The notes beneath the pieces are model-generated. The model was not told the origin of the DNA and did no database searches. It saw only the letters and a program-made list of their open reading frames with translations. Below are positions 1-8,142 of a stretch of DNA of 33,295 nucleotides, piece by piece. Position 1 is the first letter of the stretch. Each line of letters starts with the position of its first letter. Made by a program: the position numbers and the translations under genes. This stretch comes from Candidatus Aenigmatarchaeota archaeon (GTDB lineage: Archaea; Aenigmatarchaeota; Aenigmatarchaeia; CG10238-14; SCSR01): positions 1 through 33,295 of the forward strand of contig JAWBWS010000005.1 of assembly GCA_038999725.1 (NCBI GenBank), in the 5' to 3' direction.

Positions 1-550
1 TCTTCAAATATTCCTTCAGCTCCTCCAATTTTCCTATCTCACAAAAATGCTCCACAATCTTTTCAGCAACTTCCTCTTCCTTATCCTGATCAAACAAGCT
101 TTTGAACCAGTTTACAATCCCAACTTTACCCAAAACGTAACTTAAATCTTCCCACATATTTTTTGTTTCATTTTCCTTCCACAATTTTTCAACATAACTA
201 AAAAGAGAAGAGTGAAGAAGTTTGTCTGCAAGCTCGTCAGGCAATTCTTTTTCATTTTGAAGAAGGCAGCGTCTTAGATTATAAACATTACCGTTTTCAT
301 CAACAAGGTAAACCTCCCCTCCCATTTCTTCCAAAATTTTTACAACTTTTTCAATCCCCTTTTCCTCAAGGTCAGAAGGAGTTAATATTATCGAAGGGGT
401 TTGTTCTATTCCTTGCTTAAACTCCCTTTCAAAAAATCCCATCCTTTGGGTTAGGGGAGGTAAAATTGCACTCAAGTTTGTATATTTACTCTCAAGTGTG
501 TTAATTTCAAACATGGGTCGAGCCAACTGTTGGGAATCAAACTTCTCCAT
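1..550 (-). CDS. Hypothetical protein, partial (runs off the left edge)
   Basis: Not in the ORF track. Translated by hand from ATG at 550: MEKFDSQQLARPMFEINTLESKY...EIGKLEELKEYLK, open to the window edge. TATA-like TTTAAATC lies about 28 nt upstream on the minus strand. Confidence 0.75.
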   Translation of the reverse strand, partial: MEKFDSQQLARPMFEINTLESKYTNLSAILPPLTQRMGFFEREFKQGIEQTPSIILTPSDLEEKGIEKVVKILEEMGGEVYLVDENGNVYNLRRCLLQNEKELPDELADKLLHSSLFSYVEKLWKENETKNMWEDLSYVLGKVGIVNWFKSLFDQDKEEEVAEKIVEHFCEIGKLEELKEYLK

Positions 551-706
551 AATTAACAGTTGGTAGAAAAAGATTTAAATCATGCTTTCATCACATTTTT
601 CAACCGAAGGGAAAATAAACTTTGAATGAATTTAAATTTAAGTCTCTAGTTTTTAAAAAAAATGAAAAAGGTATAATAAAATAAAAAATAAATTGAATAT
701 AACAAA

Positions 707-818
707 GGGCCTATAGCTCAGCATGGTAGAGCAGCGGGCTTTTAGCTTAAAGCTAAAAGCTTTGATTTAAAAGATGAAAGAAACCCGTTGGTCCCGGGTT
801 CAAATCCCGGTAGGCCCA
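707..818 (+). tRNA. tRNA-Lys(UUU) with a 38-nt intron at canonical position 37/38 (745..782)
   Basis: GGGCCTA/TAGGCCC acceptor stem, D arm, GCGGG-CTTTTA|A-CCCGT anticodon arm after intron removal, TTCAAAT T loop. BHB-like motif: CTTT/AAAG helix with TAG and AAA bulges. Confidence 0.93.
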
Positions 819-854
819 TTCTTCTAAATTAAATAATGAAGGGAGAAATGTTAA

Positions 855-1295
855 TTAAGTCCCTTTTGATCTGTTTAATCCCTCCAAGAATTCTTTTATT
901 TTTTGGTAACATTCAACCTCATCCTCCAAACCAGCAACTAACTTTTCAAATGGGCAAACATCATCCTTTCTCTTATTCATGATTGTTGGTACCATCTTCT
1001 CAAATTCAAAATATATCTTACCCTTCTTCAAAGCTTCCACTCCCCTTTCACTAATAGTTGAAGCAAAAACTGCTGAAACTTTAGCATATCGGCAAAGCAT
1101 TGCCACCGCTTTACCAACAACCGAATCAGCAATAGAAGACCCTTTTAATTCTTCACCATATTTTTCAATAGCATATAGAAAATCACTGATTCCCTCACTT
1201 TTAGATTCAAAAATTATTTTTCCTGAGTTTGAAATAACCAAACTCAAATTTTTTTCTTTAAGTTCTCTTCTTGCAAGCTCCAAATCCGAAATCAT
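855..1295 (-). CDS. DUF1893 (TM1506-like) family protein
   Basis: 146 aa with ADSVVGKAVA and D-x-CPFE motifs typical of DUF1893. Confidence 0.8.
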   Translation of the reverse strand: MISDLELARRELKEKNLSLVISNSGKIIFESKSEGISDFLYAIEKYGEELKGSSIADSVVGKAVAMLCRYAKVSAVFASTISERGVEALKKGKIYFEFEKMVPTIMNKRKDDVCPFEKLVAGLEDEVECYQKIKEFLEGLNRSKGT

Positions 1296-1354
1296 ATTAG
1301 TTTATTGTTAACTTTTTCAGAAATCTTTTTGCTTCCCAGAGCAAGCTTCAAAAA

Positions 1355-2344
1355 TTATGTGACTATCCATCTTTCTACAAATCTTTTTTTGTTCTGTATC
1401 GCCACAACTCTTGATTCTTCTTGCTCATCCATGTATTCAAATTCATGTAAAAACTTAAGCAATTTTTCACTCCAAGCTTTCACCTCATCCTGTTCAAGCA
1501 TGTGTTGAGCTGAAAGCCTTGTTATGGAGCTCCCCACATGCATATAAGATTTGACTTCAATAAAGTTGGGGTTTGCCTTTTTGATGAGATTCACAAATTC
1601 CGGAATTTCTCCCTCCGAATCATTCAACCCTCTAATCAAAGTTATCCTTATCACAGTTCTAGCTTTAGTTTCACTCAATAATTTCAAACTCTGGTTAAAC
1701 CTTTCCCAAGCATCTTTCAGCAAAGGACAATTAACCTTCAGAAAAGTTTCTTTATTGCCTGCATTCATGCTCAAGTAAATTTGAGTTGGTAGGGCATCTT
1801 CCTTCTCAAGTCTCTCAAGCATCCTTGGCTCTTGACCATTCGTCACAAGAAAAATCGATTTTGTTTGAGGTAGAGATTTGAGATATTTTATCATCCTGGG
1901 CAACTTTGGATACATTGTTGGTTCACCACTCAAAGAAATTGCAAAATGTGTTGGTTCATAAGCTTCTTTCAGCCTCTCCTTTCTTACTTTTTTGTTGCTA
2001 CCAAAACCTGTCAAGAGCTTCCTCCTCTCCTTCATCAAGGCTTGAACTATCTGCTCGGGCTCGTCCACCTGTTCTTCTTTCATCTCAAGGAGCTTGTAAA
2101 ATTCTGTTGGACGCCAACAATAAATGCATCTATTCTGACAAAACATTCCAGCAGGAGAGAATTCCATGCAACGGTGTGTTTCTATGCCGTAGAATTTGTT
2201 TTTGTAACAATTACCTTCACCACGCAAGGACCTTTTGGTCCAGTTACAAATCTCCACTGTTGAATGACCAAAAATCCCATACTTTGCATTTCTCAATTTT
2301 TTCCTTGTAGCTTCATCCATTCTCAATTTCTCCATAGTTTTCAT
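1355..2344 (-). CDS. taw1: 4-demethylwyosine synthase (radical SAM, Taw1/Tyw1)
   Basis: CxWT...CYKxKFYGIxxHRC N-terminal cluster motif, CQNRCIYCWR radical-SAM motif, AISLSGEPT, and EVKSYMHVG. Confidence 0.95.
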   Translation of the reverse strand: MKTMEKLRMDEATRKKLRNAKYGIFGHSTVEICNWTKRSLRGEGNCYKNKFYGIETHRCMEFSPAGMFCQNRCIYCWRPTEFYKLLEMKEEQVDEPEQIVQALMKERRKLLTGFGSNKKVRKERLKEAYEPTHFAISLSGEPTMYPKLPRMIKYLKSLPQTKSIFLVTNGQEPRMLERLEKEDALPTQIYLSMNAGNKETFLKVNCPLLKDAWERFNQSLKLLSETKARTVIRITLIRGLNDSEGEIPEFVNLIKKANPNFIEVKSYMHVGSSITRLSAQHMLEQDEVKAWSEKLLKFLHEFEYMDEQEESRVVAIQNKKRFVERWIVT

Positions 2345-2455
2345 CTCAACTTTATTTTGTTAAGACTGAAACATAAATTATTTAAAAATTTTAAGTTAAG
2401 AAAGAAAAGTGAATAAGTTAAAATGTTAGGAAACAGAATATTAATCAATCAAACT

Positions 2456-2529
2456 GGGCCCGTAGCTCAGCATGGTAGAGCAGCTGGCTCTTAACCAGTT
2501 GGTCGAGGGTTCAAATCCCTCCGGGCCCA
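2456..2529 (+). tRNA. tRNA-Lys(CUU), no intron
   Basis: GGGCCCG/CGGGCCC acceptor stem, GCTGG-CTCTTAA-CCAGT anticodon arm, TTCAAAT T loop. Confidence 0.96.
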
Positions 2530-2679
2530 CTTGATTCTAAAAGCCATTTAATCTTGAGTGTAAAGCTTATGTTTAACATAAAATTGTTCAAGAAAGATAA
2601 AAACTAGAATCTCGAACAATTTCCTCTTATTTACAAGCTTATATAAAAACTTTTAAAGTTTAATCTTTAAAAAAGAAGT

Positions 2680-3903
2680 ATGAGCTTCATCAGCTTGAGG
2701 TTCTCAGATATAAATGGCACCCTCAAAGAAGTTATTGTTTCTGAGAGAAAATTCAAAGAATCAAAAGAAAGGGGAATATGGTTTGATGGTTCTTCCATTC
2801 TTGGTTTGGTAAGAAGATTTGAAAGTGATATGAGACTTAAGCCAGATGAAAATTCAAAGTTCAAGCTCAATGATTTAGAGGTTTATTTTTGTGATGTTTA
2901 TTCAGGAAATAAACCTTATGAAGGTGATCCCAGATTTATCCTCAAGAAAGTTTTGGCTGAAGCTGAAGCTTTAGGGTTTAAAGTTTTTGTTGCTGGTGAA
3001 TTGGAATTTTACCTATTGAAAGAGGGTGAAAAACTTGATAAAGGAAGCTATTTTGATGTCTCCCCAAAAGACAAAGCTCATGAAGTCAAACTCAAAATAA
3101 TAGAAATATTAACAAAAGCTGGGATAGAGTGGGACACAGGACATCATGAAGTTGGACCTGGACAAAATGAAATTGACATAAAGTATGATAATCCTGTTTC
3201 TTCAGCCGATAAAATTCTGTTTGCTAAAAATGTGATAAAGCTAGTGGCAGAGTCTGTTGGTTTGAAAGCTACTTTCATGCCAAAACCTTTCTTTGGCTTA
3301 CCTGGCAATGGTATGCATCTCCATATAAGCCTTTGGAATAAGGAGAAAAATCTGTTTTATGATGAGAAAGATGTTTATAAAATTTCTCATATGGCAAAAT
3401 CTTTCATCGCAGGCATTTTCAAACATGTCAAAGCTATAACATCCATAACAAACCCAACCGTGAACTCTTACAAAAGGCTTGGTGAGTTTGAAGCTCCAAA
3501 ATACATTTACTGGGGGAGCAAGAATAGAGACGCTTTGGTCAGAATCCCCGAAGTTATTAGCCAAAGTTCGTCAAGAATAGAGTTTAGGGCTTGTGACCCA
3601 AGTGCAAACCCATACTTAGCTTTTGCAGTTCTCATCAAGGCTGGATTGGATGGAATAAAGAACAATCTTGAGTTGGGAGAAGCTTTGGAAGAAGACATTT
3701 ATGAAAGTGGTAGATACAAAGATTTGGAAAGTTTGCCATCCACACTTGGAGAAGCTTTAGAAGAATTGAAAAAGGATGAGTTGATAAGGGGATTGTTAGG
3801 CCCTAGTTTAGGGAAATTTGTTGAGCTGAAGGAAGCTGAATTTGAAGAGTACAATAAGAGAAAAATTACTGACTGGGAAATAGAGAAATATTTTGACGTC
3901 TGA
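2680..3903 (+). CDS. glnA: Glutamine synthetase type I
   Basis: FDGSS, ESDM, ELEF, HHEVGPGQNEI, FMPKP, GNGMHLHISL, NSYKRL..FEAP and RIEFRxxDPSANPYL motifs. Confidence 0.92.
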   Translation: MSFISLRFSDINGTLKEVIVSERKFKESKERGIWFDGSSILGLVRRFESDMRLKPDENSKFKLNDLEVYFCDVYSGNKPYEGDPRFILKKVLAEAEALGFKVFVAGELEFYLLKEGEKLDKGSYFDVSPKDKAHEVKLKIIEILTKAGIEWDTGHHEVGPGQNEIDIKYDNPVSSADKILFAKNVIKLVAESVGLKATFMPKPFFGLPGNGMHLHISLWNKEKNLFYDEKDVYKISHMAKSFIAGIFKHVKAITSITNPTVNSYKRLGEFEAPKYIYWGSKNRDALVRIPEVISQSSSRIEFRACDPSANPYLAFAVLIKAGLDGIKNNLELGEALEEDIYESGRYKDLESLPSTLGEALEELKKDELIRGLLGPSLGKFVELKEAEFEEYNKRKITDWEIEKYFDV

Positions 3904-3935
3904 AGCTATATATAAAAAAAATATAATATTTATAT

Positions 3936-4109
3936 ATGGGAAATTCGAAGAACAAGACCAAAATAATCCCTATAAAATTTGATGGTGCCTTGCTAGAAAT
4001 TCTTGATAGTTTGGTTGAAAGTGGTCTTTATTCTTCAAAAGCAGAAGCTGTGAGAGCTGGCTTAAGGCTTTTGATAGAGAAGCATGAAATTGGGGTGAAG
4101 AAAAAATGA
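3936..4109 (+). CDS. Small ribbon-helix-helix DNA-binding protein (CopG/CdrS-like), 57 aa
   Basis: Below the ORF-track cutoff. MGNSKNKTKIIPIKFDGALLEILDSLVESGLYSSKAEAVRAGLRLLIEKHEIGVKKK*; alternating beta-strand followed by the LVESGLYSSKAEAVR RHH pattern. Its stop overlaps the smc start (ATGA). Confidence 0.85.
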   Translation: MGNSKNKTKIIPIKFDGALLEILDSLVESGLYSSKAEAVRAGLRLLIEKHEIGVKKK

Positions 4110-6592
4110 AAACTTATATAACCAGAATTGTTTTGCAGGGGTTTAAAAGCTTTAACAAGAAAGTTGCAATTCCTTTCTTACCAGGCTTCAATGTAATATG
4201 TGGCCCTAATGGTGTGGGAAAATCGAATATTTTGGATGCAATAGCTTTTGTCATAGGTAGCACTTCCATTAAATCTCTTAGAGCCCACAAGCTTCATGAG
4301 CTTATTTTTCATGGTGGTAATGGAAAGCCTCCTGCTGAAGTTGCTTCAGTCACTATGTATTTAGATAACACTAACAAGCTCTTTCCTTTTGAAGATGAAG
4401 AAATTTCCGTGACAAGGAAAGTAAACAGAAAAGGAGTTTCTGTCTACAAACTTAACGGCAAGAATACAACAAGAGAAAAAATACTTGAAGTGTTGGCAAC
4501 AGCCAGGATTTATCCAGACGGTCATAACATAGTGCTTCAGGGTGATGTGACAAATGTTATAGAGATGAACCCGATAGAAAGAAGATCTATAATTGATGAA
4601 ATTTCTGGAATAGCTGAATACAATGAGAAAAAAGAAAAGGCTATGAAAGATTTGGCCGAAGTTGATGCAAAACTAAAAGAAGCTGAAATAGTGATAAGTG
4701 AAAGGTATGATATTTTCAAAAGGTTGGAAGAAGAGAGGAATGCTGCCTTAAGGTATCAAGAGTTACAAGCACAACTACAACTTTTGAAAGCATCTCTTGC
4801 TCATAGAAAAATTCAAGAGTTTAGCAAAACGATAGAAGAGTTGAATAAAGAGATTGAAAAGAAGGAGAGAGAAAATGAATTGCTTAAAAAAGAGATTGAG
4901 GTTATAGAGGCTGAACTTGAGAGAAGGGAAAAGAGTATAAGAGAGATAGCAACAAAGCTTGTAGCCATATCGAAAAAGGTTGAAGTTGAGAGGGAAATTT
5001 CTTATTTGAGGACAAAAATTCTCATCAACAAGGATAAAATAGACTCAAATAAAAAGGAGATCGAAAGAATAGACTCTTTGATTCAAAGGTTAAAGGAAAT
5101 TGAAGCAAAGAGTGAAGTTATACCAAAGGCTGTTAAAGCGATAATTGATCAAAATATAAAGGGGGTTTTTGGTGTTGTTTCAAGTTTGATAAAGGTTCCG
5201 GAAAAATATCAAGTTGCTATTGAAGTTGCTGCCGGCCCACACTTGAATGACATAATTGTTGATTCTGATGAAACTGCAAAGAATTGCATAGAATTTTTGA
5301 AGAAGGAGAAGATAGGGAGGGCCACTTTCTTACCCTTGAACAAAATAAAGCCGGTAGAATTTGAAGCAAAAGAATTGTTGAAAGAGAAAGATGTTATTGG
5401 GGTGGCAAGCAAGCTTATAGAATTTGACAAGAAATTTTCCCCAGCTATTGAATTTGTTTTTGGAAACACGGTTGTAGTTGAAGATTTGGAGGCGATGAGG
5501 AGAATTGGAATTGGAAGAGCTAGAATGGTAAGCCTGGATGGTGATTTGGCCGAAAGAAGTGGAGTGATGATAGGTGGCTATTACTTCAGAGCATCAAAAA
5601 TTGTGCCGGTGAAGATTGAAATAGAGGAATATCAAAAGGTGAAGGAAAAACTGAAAGAAGAAATTAAGACTTTCGAAAAAGAAATTCAAGAGTGTGAGGC
5701 GAGGCTAAAAGAGCTTTCCAAATCTGAAGAAATGAAAGAGTTTATTGATTTGGAGAAATTAAAAATCGATACCGAGCAAGAGCTTGACTCTTTAAGACAA
5801 AAGAGAAAAATAGCTTATGAACAAAGGCTAGCAATTCAAACTGAACTCAATAAGCTTTACATTCAAAAGGCGAGGATAGAGGCTGAACTGGAAACAGTGA
5901 AAGTTGAAGCACAACAATATGGTGAGGTGAAGCCGATAGAGAAAAGTGTTAGAAGTTTGGAAATTATGATAAGACAAGTTCAAAATGAGCTCGCAAGCTT
6001 GGGTGCTGTTAACTTCAAAGCCATAGAGCAATTTGAAAAGTTTAAGAGTGAGTTTGATGAATATAAACAGAAATATGAGAAGATATTGGCTGAAAAGAAG
6101 GCTGTCCTTGAAATGATTGAAGAAATAGAGCAAAAAAGAAGAGAAGTTTTCTTCAAGACTTTGCGAGAGGTAAGTGATAAGTTCAATGAAATGTTTAACA
6201 AAATGACTGGAGGGACTGCAAGCCTAGAGCTAGAAGATCCGAACAATCTTGAGAGTGGACTGTTAATCCAAGCAAATCCTGGGGGGAAAATGCTTTTGAA
6301 TATAGATGCCATGTCTGGTGGAGAAAAAAGCTTGACTGCTTTAGCTTTCTTGTTTGCCGTTCAAGAATATAGGCCTGCTCCATTTTACATATTGGATGAA
6401 GTTGACGCTGCTTTGGATAAAGAAAACAGTAAGAAAGTCGCTGAATTGCTTAAAGCTCTTTCAAAGGAAGCTCAGTTTATTGTTATAACACATAACGACA
6501 CCACAATAACCTATGGGGATATGGTTTACGGTTGCACGATGGATCGTGGAGAAACAAAGATTTTGGGAGTCAAGTTGCCAAAAGAAGCTTAA
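4106..6592 (+). CDS. smc: Chromosome segregation protein SMC (short-arm variant, 828 aa)
   Basis: Walker A GPNGVGKSN, Q-loop VLQG, hinge motifs (GVFG, GRATFLPL, SLDGD, MIGG), signature MSGGEKS, Walker B ILDEVD, and ITH. Followed by scpA. Confidence 0.95.
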   Translation: MKTYITRIVLQGFKSFNKKVAIPFLPGFNVICGPNGVGKSNILDAIAFVIGSTSIKSLRAHKLHELIFHGGNGKPPAEVASVTMYLDNTNKLFPFEDEEISVTRKVNRKGVSVYKLNGKNTTREKILEVLATARIYPDGHNIVLQGDVTNVIEMNPIERRSIIDEISGIAEYNEKKEKAMKDLAEVDAKLKEAEIVISERYDIFKRLEEERNAALRYQELQAQLQLLKASLAHRKIQEFSKTIEELNKEIEKKERENELLKKEIEVIEAELERREKSIREIATKLVAISKKVEVEREISYLRTKILINKDKIDSNKKEIERIDSLIQRLKEIEAKSEVIPKAVKAIIDQNIKGVFGVVSSLIKVPEKYQVAIEVAAGPHLNDIIVDSDETAKNCIEFLKKEKIGRATFLPLNKIKPVEFEAKELLKEKDVIGVASKLIEFDKKFSPAIEFVFGNTVVVEDLEAMRRIGIGRARMVSLDGDLAERSGVMIGGYYFRASKIVPVKIEIEEYQKVKEKLKEEIKTFEKEIQECEARLKELSKSEEMKEFIDLEKLKIDTEQELDSLRQKRKIAYEQRLAIQTELNKLYIQKARIEAELETVKVEAQQYGEVKPIEKSVRSLEIMIRQVQNELASLGAVNFKAIEQFEKFKSEFDEYKQKYEKILAEKKAVLEMIEEIEQKRREVFFKTLREVSDKFNEMFNKMTGGTASLELEDPNNLESGLLIQANPGGKMLLNIDAMSGGEKSLTALAFLFAVQEYRPAPFYILDEVDAALDKENSKKVAELLKALSKEAQFIVITHNDTTITYGDMVYGCTMDRGETKILGVKLPKEA

Positions 6593-6616
6593 TTTCATGA
6601 AAGTCAAATAATAATT

Positions 6617-7303
6617 ATGGCAGAGGAAGAAAACATTCTTCAACTCATACTGGAAAAGGAAAATTGGGAAGAGATAATTTATCATATAGTTAGCATAGAA
6701 AAACTCGATCCTTGGAATATTGATTTGATTAAGCTTACAGACAGCTTCTTAAATTACTTGAAGAGAATTCAGGAACTTGATTTCAGAATCCCTGCCCGAG
6801 TTGTATTTGTAGCCGCTGTTTTGCTTAGGCTTAAAGCAGATTACCTTTCAATTTTTGAAGAAGAAGAAACAATAGAGCAAATTGTTCAACAACAACAAAT
6901 TGATTTGGGAATAGATCCAAACTTGGTTCAACTAGGTGTTCCTTTGAGAAGAATTCCAAAGAGGCAAATAACTTTAGATGAGTTGATTTTGGCTTTAAGG
7001 AAAGCTATAGCTGTGAGGGAGAGGAGGATAGAAAGAAAAAGAAAGTGGAGAGAGAGAATTGAACTGCAAATAAAAGAGGAGGATATAACAAAAAGAATAG
7101 AAGAGATGATGAAAGAAATAGATGAATTGATGAAAAAATTAAACAGTGATAAAGTTGGATTTAGTCAAATAGTGAAGAAGTGGGAGAGGAAGAGAATTGT
7201 GGATAAATTTGTGCCATTATTACATCTGGAGAATAATGGAAAAATTGAAACCGAACAAGAAGACTTCTTCAAGGAAATTTGGATTTCAAGAATAAAAACT
7301 TAA
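6617..7303 (+). CDS. scpA: Segregation and condensation protein A (kleisin)
   Basis: LDPWNIDLIKLTDSFL...AAVLLRLKA N-terminal kleisin motif and C-terminal FVPLLHL...EQEDFF winged helix. Directly follows smc. Confidence 0.92.
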   Translation: MAEEENILQLILEKENWEEIIYHIVSIEKLDPWNIDLIKLTDSFLNYLKRIQELDFRIPARVVFVAAVLLRLKADYLSIFEEEETIEQIVQQQQIDLGIDPNLVQLGVPLRRIPKRQITLDELILALRKAIAVRERRIERKRKWRERIELQIKEEDITKRIEEMMKEIDELMKKLNSDKVGFSQIVKKWERKRIVDKFVPLLHLENNGKIETEQEDFFKEIWISRIKT

Positions 7304-7379
7304 TAGTCGGACAAGCCGTTGTAAGGACAAAACATCAACTTCTAAAAACTTTATCAAATATCTCACTTTTACTGAATTT

Positions 7380-8012
7380 TCATAGACTTTCTTTTCTAAG
7401 ATAATCCAACACATCTTGGTTCTTAGTGAATAGGCTAATTGTTATTATGGGTTTGTTTCCAGGGTTAATTTCTTCTACAAGTTGTCTTTCGTTAAATACT
7501 CTACAATTAGGATATACCTCATAATATTCTTTGCGTCCAAGTGTAAGAAGTTTAATTATCAATGAAGTTGAAACTGGTACAATGCTTACAGAAAGTAAGT
7601 AATAATGACGTATTTTCTCAATTACATCTTCAGGAGGCATTTTTGTTATATCAGCCTCATGTGTATTATAAAAGGTATATATGAGTTCCCGTGGAAAGAT
7701 AAATTCTACATCCATTTTTTTCCGCACAAAATCATGGACCAAATAAATGAATTGATCTAAGTGACAAGCACCAAAATGCCCACCAGCTAAGATTACCCTA
7801 TTTATTTTTCTTTTTATTAACTCATCTCCCAATAGTTTAGGGTTTTTATGGGAAGTAGTATAGTCTACTGTAGGCTTTCTTCCCACATTTAATGGTGGAT
7901 AAGAAAGATTATACCATGGTATATCAAGTTCTTTTATCAAATACTCAAAACTCTCCTTAATAAGGGATGATGCGCATTTTGTAATAATTGCAACATTTGA
8001 AATTTTTAACAT
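7380..8012 (-). CDS. Hypothetical protein, possibly a divergent isochorismatase/cysteine-hydrolase fold
   Basis: 210-aa ORF; RVILAGGHFGAC resembles the strand-G-x-x-x-x-C segment of cysteine hydrolases (weak). Confidence 0.55.
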   Translation of the reverse strand: MLKISNVAIITKCASSLIKESFEYLIKELDIPWYNLSYPPLNVGRKPTVDYTTSHKNPKLLGDELIKRKINRVILAGGHFGACHLDQFIYLVHDFVRKKMDVEFIFPRELIYTFYNTHEADITKMPPEDVIEKIRHYYLLSVSIVPVSTSLIIKLLTLGRKEYYEVYPNCRVFNERQLVEEINPGNKPIITISLFTKNQDVLDYLRKESL

Positions 8013-8142
8013 AGTTATTAACTTGTAAAATAATTTTTAAAATTATGTTGGATTCCCAAGAATTAGTTTTGAAAGAAAAGAAAATTTGAAATTTTTGAAG
8101 TTATGGTTTAATGTACTTTCTTTGACCATTGTTAAACCATCT

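Noticed and set aside
979..6685. Antisense or nested ORFs in the ORF track (e.g. 979..1311, 1906..2310, 5209..5469, 5980..6312)
   Set aside because: Shadow frames of well-supported genes with S/F/L-rich antisense composition; the same applies to similar ORFs throughout the window.
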